This document shows, in pieces, positions 49,100 through 58,434 of a stretch of 64,000 nt of DNA. The DNA is from a virus. The notes under the pieces were generated by a model that saw only the letters and a list, made by a program, of their open reading frames with translations, was not told the DNA's origin and did no database searches. The position numbers were made by a program, and so were the translations under genes. The stretch lies in the IMG/VR virus record IMGVR_UViG_3300022723_000207, positions 32,001 to 96,000 of that record, one strand, 5' to 3'. Positions within the stretch are counted from its first letter, which is position 1. The number at the start of each line of letters is the position of its first letter.

Positions 49100-49477
49100 A
49101 TGCCTGCTAAAAGTAAAGATCAAGCTACGGCTGCTAAAATTGCTCTTCAAATTAAGAAAGGGAAACAAAAGGCTAAGTCAGGAACGGCTTCTGCTCAAAT
49201 GGCCAAAAATATGACTAAAAAACAACTGAGAGATTTTACCAAGAAGGAGTCTCTAAAATTAGTTGACGATGTAATGGTCGAGCATGGTGGTCAAATGTTT
49301 ACAATCAAGGCTGGCACGATTTTCGAGACCGTTGGAACTGGCGCAGTCGCAATGATTCCGACTGCCTTGGGTTCTGACAAAGAAGATTATGATGACGACG
49401 AAGACGACGACGAAGAAGAGGAAGAGGTTGAGGAAGCTTCTAACTCTCAGATGTCGGAATTGAATCTAGATTATTGA
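49100..49477 (+). CDS. DUF3008-like protein with an acidic tail
   Basis: MPAKSKDQATAA..AL..KKG...AS..M...MT.KQL.DF. Confidence 0.6.
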   Translation: MPAKSKDQATAAKIALQIKKGKQKAKSGTASAQMAKNMTKKQLRDFTKKESLKLVDDVMVEHGGQMFTIKAGTIFETVGTGAVAMIPTALGSDKEDYDDDEDDDEEEEEVEEASNSQMSELNLDY

Positions 49478-50072
49478 TATAAATCATGTTCTTAAAATAG
49501 TGATCGATGAACATCTCTTTTTCGCGGGAATACTGTTCATCATATAAATATATTTCGTTGATTACGGCGTCAAACTCATACATGGCTATTGTGTATCCCA
49601 AGACGAATTGAAATCCTAGATCAGTTAATATTGCCTGTAGTTTATTATTGTGCTTCTTATAATGCGCACGGCTTCCAAGTATTTTCCCGCGATATTCTGG
49701 GTCTTGCCATTTACGCTTTAATCCTTCGCTTACCATCTCGCGATATTTTGGATTTTGCCATTTTTTCTTACTTCGTTTTTTAGCTCGCTCGCGATTATTG
49801 TGATCAGCATAATAATCCTTAACGCTCTGGCTAATTTTATTGGCATTATGGATGTTATTGAGGGTCGCCCTTTGGCTCATTCTCTCTTTTACGTTAGGAT
49901 CTGAAAGAGCTGCTTTAGAGCGTCGGCTTTGTTCTTTACGATAGGTACTAGATTGGGTTCGTATTCTTATTTTGCATTTTCGACATACGAACTCTTCAAG
50001 ATCATGTTTCTTAAACCATGCCTCTTTGAACTCATAGTCCACATTGCATTTGTTGCATTTTGCGGTTGGCAT
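49440..50072 (-). CDS. Zn ribbon/NUMOD3-like protein with a degenerate Vsr-like nuclease remnant
   Basis: CNKC..CRKC, KKWQNPKYRE/RKWQDPEYRG repeats, YEFDAVI but no E..G.YWH. Confidence 0.55.
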   Translation of the reverse strand: MPTAKCNKCNVDYEFKEAWFKKHDLEEFVCRKCKIRIRTQSSTYRKEQSRRSKAALSDPNVKERMSQRATLNNIHNANKISQSVKDYYADHNNRERAKKRSKKKWQNPKYREMVSEGLKRKWQDPEYRGKILGSRAHYKKHNNKLQAILTDLGFQFVLGYTIAMYEFDAVINEIYLYDEQYSREKEMFIDHYFKNMIYINNLDSIPTSES

Positions 50073-50190
50073 CTTCTAAATATATTTACTTTAATCATTA
50101 AATAGATTGATTATTCGTCAATATAATTCCTCCCAAACGTAATTATAAGGAATCCCCATTTCCGGGCACCCTTAAGAGGAAATATTAATT

Positions 50191-50931
50191 ATGGGCGACA
50201 AAAAATCTTCATCTGGTCTTGATAAGATCGCATCGATCCTCAAGCAGATGGGCATTTCTGAAGAGGCTACCGGCGAGTTCGTCGGTGTCTGTGAGGCTTG
50301 GCACAAGGAAGAGAAGGACAAGCTCCAGCAGGAGTATAAGGTTCGTCTCGAAAAGGCCAAGAAGCTCTGCGTCGAAGAGGTTGAGGCTCACAAGGCCAAT
50401 CTCTCTCGCGGCGTTAAGATGTTCCTCGAAAATCAAGGCGACCTAATCCGCAAGGCTTCTGAAAAGAACGCGGCTATTGCTGAGTCTGATGCTGTCAACA
50501 AGCTTAAGCAGGTAATGAACTTGCTAAACGGCCTCGATGTTGATAGTGCGGCTAACGCGCAGGCTCTGCAGGCTGAGAGTAAGAAGAACGCTGAGCTGGT
50601 TGGCAAGGTTGCTGCCCTTACCGAATCCCTCAACAAGGAGAAGGCTAAGGCAGCTAAGTTTGGTGAGCTTTCTGAGAAGGCAATGGAACGCCAGCGTCTA
50701 TTGGAAAGCAAGATTACCAAACAGACCAAGCTCCTGTCTGAGGCTCGCGATGCTATCGCACAATCAGGTAAGAGCACCGCTAAAACCATTAGCGAAAACA
50801 AGGTCAAGGCCAGTAAGGCCAAGACCGCCAAGCGCACACCCATCAATGCAAGCGATGTCGGCAAGGGCAAGAAGGGTTCTAGCCCTGAGGATCCTTCGAT
50901 TGATGCCATTGCTGAAGCAATGGATGTGTAA
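50191..50931 (+). CDS. prohead core scaffold protein, gp22-like
   Basis: Coiled-coil protein immediately upstream of the major capsid gene; GAGG RBS. Confidence 0.65.
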   Translation: MGDKKSSSGLDKIASILKQMGISEEATGEFVGVCEAWHKEEKDKLQQEYKVRLEKAKKLCVEEVEAHKANLSRGVKMFLENQGDLIRKASEKNAAIAESDAVNKLKQVMNLLNGLDVDSAANAQALQAESKKNAELVGKVAALTESLNKEKAKAAKFGELSEKAMERQRLLESKITKQTKLLSEARDAIAQSGKSTAKTISENKVKASKAKTAKRTPINASDVGKGKKGSSPEDPSIDAIAEAMDV

Positions 50932-50968
50932 GTCTTACTCTCTCACAATAACCAAGGAATGATCGACT

Positions 50969-52483
50969 ATGAAACCAAATCGTCGTCAAGCCACGTTGCT
51001 CGCTGAGGCTAAGTCCAATCAGCAAGTTAAGCGTTGGGCCAAGGTTCTCAACAAGATGCCTGAGGTGCAGTCCAAAGGCAAGATGCAGCTCATGGCTGCT
51101 ATTCTTGAGAATCAGCACTCCCACATGGTGGGCGATGGCTCTCCTCAGAGCAGCCTTCTGACTGAGAACTCTCAGGCCGTCTCCACCGGCAACATTGCGG
51201 ACTTTACCCGCTTTGCTCTGCCCCTTCTGCGTAAGAGCTATCCCAAGCTAATCGCTGACAATCTCGTGGGTGTTCAGCCCATGAGCCAGCCAGCTAGCTT
51301 GCTGTTCTATATCCGCTACCGTTACGCTCTGACCAAGGGTCAGACCCAGGCTGGTACGCAGATCATGCGTCAGAACACCAGCCAGCAGTTCAGCCGTCAG
51401 AACGGTTGGGCGCTCGATCCTTACTACAGCTCCCAGACTGTTAAGGATGAGTCTCTGGCTATTGCTGGTGGTGTTATTTCTGGCAACCTCGTTCACAAGC
51501 CTGTGCTCGCTGGTACTGTGGTTGTTAACGTCTTCGCTGAAGACACCGACAGTTGCGATACCCCTGATCCGCTGATCCAGGTGACCTTCGATGCCAATGG
51601 CGATCCAGACGTTGTTGTTCAGTCTGAGGATGTCACTTCAGCTCTTAGTGTTGATACTGGTAGCTCCAGCTTCAACAATGACACTGGCGATGTGACTGTT
51701 ACTCTGACCGGTGGTTCTCTGCCTGCTGGCGCTTTTGCGACTGTAGACTATGAGTTCGACCTTGAGAACAACCCGTTCCAGCCTGAGGTTACTCTCAGCA
51801 TCGATAGTGATAGCGTTTCTGCTCTCACCCGTAAGCTGAAGACCTCTTGGAGCTTGGAGGCCGCTCAGGACCTTAAGTCGGTGCACAACATCGATGCCGA
51901 GGCCACCCTGACTGACCTGCTGGGTGACGAGATTGTCGCGGAAATCGATCGTGAAATCATCAATGACCTGATCATTGCTGCTAGCGTTCGTGCGACCCAC
52001 AACTTTGCTACCGCTGCTGGCGCGTCAGTGAACTTCGTGGACCGTAACATCGCGCTGCTCTACAAGACTCTGGAAGTTGCGAACGTTATCCACCGTACCA
52101 CTCTGCGCGGCCCTGCCAACTGGATGGTTACTTCGGCTGACATCGCTTCCAAGTTCGAGCAGCTCAATGACTTCCGTGGTTCTGACGCTCTCGCTACTGA
52201 TGGCATCGACATTGGCATCACCAATGCTGGTACCATTCAGGGCAAGATGAAGCTTTACAAGGATCCGCTGTTCCCGAACTGCAAGATCCTCATGGGCTTC
52301 AAGGGCAACAGCGCACTGGACGCGGGCTACTTCTACGCTCCGTACATTCCGCTGCTCAGCACCCCAACTGTGCTGGACCCGAACAGCTTCACTCCAAACA
52401 AGGGTGTTATGACCCGGTACGGCAAGAAGCTGATCGAGGATGGCGGCCTCTTTTATGCCACAGTGAACGTTAGTAACCTTTAA
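50969..52483 (+). CDS. gp23: major capsid protein
   Basis: AILENQ, LIADNLVGVQPM, RKLKTSWSLEAAQDLKSVHNIDAE, EIDREII, FYAPYIPL, PNKGVMTRYG. Confidence 0.97.
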   Translation: MKPNRRQATLLAEAKSNQQVKRWAKVLNKMPEVQSKGKMQLMAAILENQHSHMVGDGSPQSSLLTENSQAVSTGNIADFTRFALPLLRKSYPKLIADNLVGVQPMSQPASLLFYIRYRYALTKGQTQAGTQIMRQNTSQQFSRQNGWALDPYYSSQTVKDESLAIAGGVISGNLVHKPVLAGTVVVNVFAEDTDSCDTPDPLIQVTFDANGDPDVVVQSEDVTSALSVDTGSSSFNNDTGDVTVTLTGGSLPAGAFATVDYEFDLENNPFQPEVTLSIDSDSVSALTRKLKTSWSLEAAQDLKSVHNIDAEATLTDLLGDEIVAEIDREIINDLIIAASVRATHNFATAAGASVNFVDRNIALLYKTLEVANVIHRTTLRGPANWMVTSADIASKFEQLNDFRGSDALATDGIDIGITNAGTIQGKMKLYKDPLFPNCKILMGFKGNSALDAGYFYAPYIPLLSTPTVLDPNSFTPNKGVMTRYGKKLIEDGGLFYATVNVSNL

Positions 52484-52511
52484 TTAGGAAATCTACCGTC
52501 CACAGAATTTC

Positions 52512-52543
52512 AAAAAAACCTCGCCATTGTGCGAGGTTTTTTT
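52512..52543 (+). terminator. bidirectional intrinsic terminator after the capsid gene
   Basis: AAAAAAACCTCGC-cattgt-GCGAGGTTTTTTT. Confidence 0.9.
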
Positions 52544-52574
52544 GTATATATATAATTAAGACGGAGAATTTTCG

Positions 52575-53396
52575 ATGGCCAGTTTACTTAAACCAAATCA
52601 ATGTCTTAAATGTGACAATAAAGAAAATTTTATTCATCTTAGAAAGCCAGAAAGATGGGCATGCGGCAACTGTGATGAAGTAATAGTGCAAAGGCCAGGA
52701 AGAGGAGAATCTGGAGTATGCAGGGATTGTGGTGCCAAAAAAGAAGATGGAGTCCAATTTAAAAAGAATAAAAATCAGTGCATGGAATGTTATGCAATTT
52801 ATCAAAACAAGTATAGAGAAAAAAGGAAAGATGATTTAAATTCTAATAAGAGGAGATGGTATGCTGATAATCAGAAAGAACTTAGGATTAGAGCTAGAGA
52901 TTATGTTCAGCAGTCTCCAGAAAGATTTTTAATAGATCTGGCTAGAAGAACTAGGCACACAGCGCAAAAGAGAAAAAAAGAAAAAGCTGAATATAACATA
53001 GAACACAAAGACCTTCAAGAAATTTATGATTCTAAGAATGGTCTATGCAATATAACTGGATTGAAAATGAAACATGAATATGGGTCATTATATTCAATAT
53101 CTGTTGATCGCATAGACTCTGATAAAGGGTACATCAAAGGTAACGTTCAATTAGTTTGTAAAGGTGCTAATTTTCTCAAGAACAAGCACACACAAGAAGA
53201 GACGCTTAAGTTTTTAGACGACTATTTTGAAGCGAGAGCTGGCAGTAATGTCCTTAAATATGTAAAATCCAGAGAAAGACGATTTCATGAATGTGATTGC
53301 GGCAGAATAGTAACAGATGATGAATGGGACAGTGATGGCAATTGGTGTAACAATTGTCTAGAAAGATATTGGGAAGAAAAAGATAATCAGTATTAA
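52575..53396 (+). CDS. HNH (beta-beta-alpha-Me)-type endonuclease with Zn fingers, likely mobile
   Basis: GLCNITG...SVDRIDSDKGYIKGNVQLVCKGANFLKN; several CxxC. Confidence 0.75.
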   Translation: MASLLKPNQCLKCDNKENFIHLRKPERWACGNCDEVIVQRPGRGESGVCRDCGAKKEDGVQFKKNKNQCMECYAIYQNKYREKRKDDLNSNKRRWYADNQKELRIRARDYVQQSPERFLIDLARRTRHTAQKRKKEKAEYNIEHKDLQEIYDSKNGLCNITGLKMKHEYGSLYSISVDRIDSDKGYIKGNVQLVCKGANFLKNKHTQEETLKFLDDYFEARAGSNVLKYVKSRERRFHECDCGRIVTDDEWDSDGNWCNNCLERYWEEKDNQY

Positions 53397-53425
53397 TCAT
53401 AAATAGCAAATTGTTATAGATTAAT

Positions 53426-54292
53426 ATGATAGAAAGTTTTGTGTTGAAAAAAGGTGTTCTTGGCAACAGGATTTATTCTGTAGTTAATGATATTAATGAG
53501 TCATCTTGTAGTTTTAGTGGCCACAGGTATTATCAAGAAAAGTTTTTAGAACACATAATAAACAATAAATTTTCTAAGATTTCATCACCTACTGGCAGTG
53601 GCAAGAGTAAAGTTATTTTGGCTGCTGCTGCTTATTTTTATAAGATTGGTATTTCTACAATTATTGCTGTCCCTAAAATGTGCATTACTAACAATTTTTG
53701 TAATGAAACTAATCATGGGAAGTTTGTTGTTAATACTTCTAAATTAGAATTAATTTTGCCATCTTTATCAGTGATTCAAGAATACCAAAATAAAAAGGAT
53801 AATGTAAGAAAAATATTGAAATCGGTTGGGCCTCATGTGATTGTGTGTTCTTATGATGTTTTATGTAGTTGTGTTGATTTAATTGATGATCGTTTTTTAG
53901 TTGTTATTGATGAAGCACATCATTTAGCATCTGGAATTAACAATATCGGTAAAGCTGTTGATTCTATATGTCATACTGGAGTTAAAGATTCTAATGATTT
54001 CTTTGATGCCATTAACGCAGCATTTTACAAGGTGCATAGCTACAAATTTTTGGAAGATGAAACATTTGAGGAAGCTTTGGTATCAGAACTGGAATCACAG
54101 GGAATACCACATGAAGACATTGAAATAGCAGTCAATGCATTAGAAAAGGTAAGAAAAGAATACACTTCTGGTAAAAAGAATGAAAATGCTGTTGGCTGGC
54201 CAGAAGACATGGATGGCATTAAACAAGTCACTCAAGATCCACATGATAAACCAGTCAGTGACACTAATAATAACATGCAGAAGATTCATTAA
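53426..54292 (+). CDS. truncated SF2 helicase (first RecA domain only) with an unrelated acidic C-terminus
   Basis: YQEK, SPTGSGKS, IIAVP, VIDEAHH; motifs III-VI absent. Confidence 0.6.
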   Translation: MIESFVLKKGVLGNRIYSVVNDINESSCSFSGHRYYQEKFLEHIINNKFSKISSPTGSGKSKVILAAAAYFYKIGISTIIAVPKMCITNNFCNETNHGKFVVNTSKLELILPSLSVIQEYQNKKDNVRKILKSVGPHVIVCSYDVLCSCVDLIDDRFLVVIDEAHHLASGINNIGKAVDSICHTGVKDSNDFFDAINAAFYKVHSYKFLEDETFEEALVSELESQGIPHEDIEIAVNALEKVRKEYTSGKKNENAVGWPEDMDGIKQVTQDPHDKPVSDTNNNMQKIH

Positions 54293-54329
54293 TGTGTCAA
54301 ACTTGTAAGAGACACTCGGTCGAAGGATC

Positions 54330-54363
54330 AAAAGAACCCCGCCGTTGTGCGGGGTTCTTTTTT
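54330..54363 (+). terminator. bidirectional intrinsic terminator
   Basis: AAAAGAACCCCGC-cgttgt-GCGGGGTTCTTTTTT. Confidence 0.9.
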
Positions 54364-54382
54364 ATATAAAATATGACTTGTT

Positions 54383-55843
54383 ATGGAACAAGAATTATCA
54401 GATAAGATAACAAATTTATTTAATGATGGGTTAACCCATCAAGAAATTGGTGATACTATTGGCAAGCCTCGCAGGACAGTAATGAAGCTGTGTGGGAAAC
54501 TTGGGTTAAAAAGATCCAGAGCAGAGGCTGCATCGTTAAAAACTAAGTCTCCTCTAGATGATCCTGAGATAATTAAATTCATAAGGAACAACAGAAATTC
54601 TTTGTCGTTAGAGGAGATAGCCAAAACATATAACTCATCTATAAGCTCAGTTCAGAGAATATGTGATAAATATGAGATTATTTTAGATAAAAAGAGATTT
54701 GTAAAATCTCAGTCTACTAAAATGAAAAATGCTTGGGACGATAATAAAAAAGAGAAAGCTAGAGATAAAAGTTTAAAATTGGTTACGCCAGAACTGAAAC
54801 AGAAACTTTCTGATGGATCTAGGAAACTGTGGAGTAACAACGATTATAGAGAAAAGCAGGTAAAGATTCAGACAGAAATATGGAATAAGCCAGAAAACAG
54901 GAAAAGGTTAGCTTTATGGAGGGCCAACCAAAGTGGCAGGTTGTCGTCAATACAGAAAATTTTATATTCTATCCTAGATGATTTAGGAATTAAATATTTT
55001 AAAGAAGGCAACCATACTGATAAAGAGTGCATTATTGGTCCCTACAATTTTGATTGTGTAATTCCTAGACCCAATGATAGAGATTTAGTTATTGAATGCC
55101 AAGGTGATTATTGGCACACTCAGGATAAAGCGATAAGAATTGATAAATCTAAGGCAACTTATTTGGAGAAATATTGTTCCAACACACATGAATTGAAATA
55201 TTTATGGGAACATGAATTTGCTTGCCAAAATAGGATTGGTGAACTGATAAAATATTGGACTGGATTAACTGATAACCAAATTGAAAATTTTGATTTTGGT
55301 GATCTGGACATAAAAAGATCAAAAGCTGAAGAATACAAACTGTTGCTATCAAAGTATCATTATTTGCCAAATGCAGGTAAAGGTGGAATGGCTTATGGAG
55401 CTTATTTTGGTGATGAATTGATTGCTGTATGTGTGTTTTCCAAGTTGGTCAGGCAAAATATTGAGATTGATGGGTTTAATAAAAATGAAGTAATTGAATT
55501 ATCTCGTCTTTGTATCCATCCAAATTATCAAAAGAAAAATCTTGCTAGTTGGTTTGTTAGTAGGTGCATTAAAAAGTTAGATGTTTCAATTAAGTGTATC
55601 GTTAGTTACTGTGATACCACTCATAATCATGATGGGGCTATTTATAAATCACTAAATTTTGTTAATGATAAAGAGGTAAGACCAGATTATTGGTATACTA
55701 ATGAGAATGGGTGGGTGATGCATAAAAAGACTTTGTATAATAAGGCTGTTAAAATGAACATTGTAGAATCTGAGTATGCCAACAAATTTGGGTATAAAAA
55801 GATATTTGGATCCAAAAAATTGAGATTTGTGTTTAAAAGATAA
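54383..55843 (+). mobile_element. HTH + Vsr/DUF559-like endonuclease + Mom-like GNAT fusion (copy 3)
   Basis: SSIQ...GPYNFDC...IECQGDYWH...LWEHE; YHYL...YGAY...ELSRLC...NLASW...SYCD..HDGAIYKSLNF...GWVMHKKTLY. Confidence 0.75.
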
Positions 55844-56068
55844 ATCTGCTGGCCAACAAATCAAAGAAGATGCGTTAATCTTTCTCATCTGACTGCTAGG
55901 GGACCCTGAGACTAATTAATAAATAATTTATTAGTCGTCTATTCCTGTTACAAAGGGCCGTCCTTTCAACGCTGATTTTATCAGATAACAGTTTGTCAAT
56001 TGCAGAATTGACTGTCAATGGTATGTTATGAGTATTTGGTTTCATACTACTGATAGAAGCAATTTAAT

Positions 56069-56401
56069 ATGAAGCAGATTTATTATTTTAGAGGCTGTGG
56101 AGGTATCAAGATCCGGATGCGGACTGATAAAGATCCAGCCCAAATCACAATGAGCAATAACAGTAAAAGTCTTGTGCATTCCATCGATCTCAGGATTATA
56201 ACTTGGGATCAGTTGATGACCGATGCTAATATCGATACTGAGTCTTCAATGATTTATTTTAATGGTCGTGTCAGACATCCGATTGAATTCAACGCTCAAA
56301 TGTCATGGTTTAATGATGAGGGTGATGGACTAATCAACTATAATCCAGGAGGCGGATTGATCTTGGTTCAGTTCAGTGGACTTGATTTTAATCCAGGATG
56401 A
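56069..56401 (+). CDS. hypothetical protein
   Basis: 110-aa ORF. Confidence 0.5.
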   Translation: MKQIYYFRGCGGIKIRMRTDKDPAQITMSNNSKSLVHSIDLRIITWDQLMTDANIDTESSMIYFNGRVRHPIEFNAQMSWFNDEGDGLINYNPGGGLILVQFSGLDFNPG

Positions 56402-56518
56402 ATATTACAATCTAATATTTTTATTATAATTCTTTACGGGCGTCTGTCGTTAGTTATAAAATCAATATTGCTGGTGCTTCTTGGAAGTCCGAATTATGGT
56501 GAATAGTATTTTAAAAGC

Positions 56519-57022
56519 ATGAAAGCTAAAGCACTAAAACGAGCTAAATATTTATTAGAAATGTTGGGTGATGCTCGTAAGTCGATTAATGATCATTCAT
56601 TGAATCATACTGAAGTGTGTATTCTTAGGGGCAAAGCGTCAAGAATTGGACTGCCTCAATTTGATAATCTTGATAGGATCTGTCGTGATGTCATTGCAGC
56701 GATTGATGAAATTAAGGGTGAGGACGAAGCCAAGAAATTGATGGAAGAGCTTGGCTTGGATTGGGAATATGATGGCAATGTTTTTAGGATCAACGTTATA
56801 GAATATCCAAATATTAGCCCTGTATTAATTAATCCTGGTTCTGTATTTATGCTGGGAGAGACCATTTGGTCTAAGTTGATTGATATCTTGGAAGAAAATA
56901 AAGCTAAGAAATATTCGTTCTTGAATGGACATACTATATGTGATTGTTGTTTGAATGGTTGTGGTGATATCGCTAGGGAAGATTGCACAGAGTGCAATGG
57001 TGCTGGCTATATCAAACTATGA
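56519..57022 (+). CDS. hypothetical protein with a C-terminal CxxCxGxG-type zinc motif
   Basis: CDCCLNGCG...CTECNGAG. Confidence 0.6.
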   Translation: MKAKALKRAKYLLEMLGDARKSINDHSLNHTEVCILRGKASRIGLPQFDNLDRICRDVIAAIDEIKGEDEAKKLMEELGLDWEYDGNVFRINVIEYPNISPVLINPGSVFMLGETIWSKLIDILEENKAKKYSFLNGHTICDCCLNGCGDIAREDCTECNGAGYIKL

Positions 57023-57188
57023 TATAGGCGGGCTACGTTACATCAACGCGAGCAACCTCTAATAGCCACTATCGGACCAAGAGATCGCTAAAATATTGTC
57101 ATACCGCCGAAAAATTTTATAAAACAAGTATGGATCATTGTGGGAAAGATTGCCGTCGCAACCCTCTACAGGTCGTTGGAGATGAGTC

Positions 57189-57419
57189 ATGTTTAAACTG
57201 AGTGTTAGAGAAGACCGTTGCGTAGTTCTGAAAGAGATCTATAACGGAATCTCGTTAGAGACCGAAGAAGGCAACCAGCTAAATGTTTGCATGAGAGATG
57301 ATACCTTAGAAATGAATGTATGCCCTAAGGGTGTCGATTCTGGGCACTGGTGGCGCGTCGATATGCAAACTGGACGGATAGAGCCAATGGAGCGGCGGGT
57401 TAAACACGGTGGAGCTTAA
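57189..57419 (+). CDS. hypothetical protein
   Basis: 76 aa, GGAG upstream. Confidence 0.55.
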   Translation: MFKLSVREDRCVVLKEIYNGISLETEEGNQLNVCMRDDTLEMNVCPKGVDSGHWWRVDMQTGRIEPMERRVKHGGA

Positions 57420-57420
57420 T

Positions 57421-57564
57421 ATGGCGTTTCAGTCCACACCAAGGCCACACGGCAGTCGGATATCACCGAGTCAGCTTGATGATCCACCACCAAGGCCGAA
57501 TAAGTCACCTCCACCGCCGAAGGGGAGCTATCGGGTCATAAAACTGCCAAGTATTCATTTTTGA
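57421..57564 (+). CDS. small Pro-rich hypothetical protein (47 aa)
   Basis: GGAG RBS; MAFQSTPRP...PPPPKG; below the ORF-track cutoff. Confidence 0.35.
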   Translation: MAFQSTPRPHGSRISPSQLDDPPPRPNKSPPPPKGSYRVIKLPSIHF

Positions 57565-57717
57565 GTGGTCTGCAATTTGCCGTCTATAGGAGTATAAAAC
57601 CGAGTTTATTGCTCTGGATTGTCTTGGGCGGCAAGCATATGATTGGTTGTTTGTACTAATCAATATGGATGGCTTGGTGCTTAATTTTAGTGAGTCTGAC
57701 GATCACGCTGAAGGCCA

Positions 57718-58146
57718 ATGGCTAATGACATGCGCTTAGAAAATGTTGATTTTGAGTTGATAGTAGATAATGTGAAAGTGCGCAAAGACAAAATTGTAAA
57801 GGCAGAACTATTGGTATGTTTAATGAATTTTGGATATGTTAAAAATGATGCAGATTTTGGTGAGATATTTGATGTTTTAAACTTCTTATTAACAACTGAT
57901 ATTGTAGATCATCATCCTAAGCCATGGTTAGTTAAGGTCATGGATTGGTATTTGTGTCATTTTTGTTTTTATCGTCGTTGGCGTGGTGGAGTTTGGAAAA
58001 AATGGTGGATAGACTCTCCGGTAGCTTCTAGCATATGGTTCCACAATGAATTAGGTCAACCAGGGCTGGCCAGGGGTACGCCATTTATCGAAATTTATGG
58101 CATTAGCTGTGAAGCTTTGGATGAGTTAGAAAAATATTATTTGTGA
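57718..58146 (+). CDS. hypothetical protein
   Basis: 142-aa ORF. Confidence 0.5.
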   Translation: MANDMRLENVDFELIVDNVKVRKDKIVKAELLVCLMNFGYVKNDADFGEIFDVLNFLLTTDIVDHHPKPWLVKVMDWYLCHFCFYRRWRGGVWKKWWIDSPVASSIWFHNELGQPGLARGTPFIEIYGISCEALDELEKYYL

Positions 58147-58271
58147 TAAAGGCATTAGCCCATAATAGTTGGCATTGCAGTTTCGGCCCGAAAATTGACA
58201 ACTCATCTGAAGCTCCAAAGTAGATAATGGTGCCGATATAAGGCATACATATCCACTATAAGGAGCCAGAT

Positions 58272-58373
58272 ATGATTCGCGTAGAAGATCTTCAAGATCT
58301 TGATTCCCTTGGCCTATATGAACAGATGGGAATCAACACTAAGAAGTACGATCTTGAAAAATCATTTAGGTAG
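58272..58373 (+). CDS. small hypothetical protein (33 aa)
   Basis: AAGGAG RBS; MIRVEDLQDLDSLGLYEQMG.. Confidence 0.35.
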   Translation: MIRVEDLQDLDSLGLYEQMGINTKKYDLEKSFR

Positions 58374-58434
58374 TAGATTTTATCCGCGCTATTAATAATG
58401 CATACGATCGTGCTATAAAAGCGCGGAGAAGTAT

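Noticed and set aside
58195-58228. Host sigma70 promoter TTGACA...GATAAT
   Set aside because: Spacer of about 22 nt is too long
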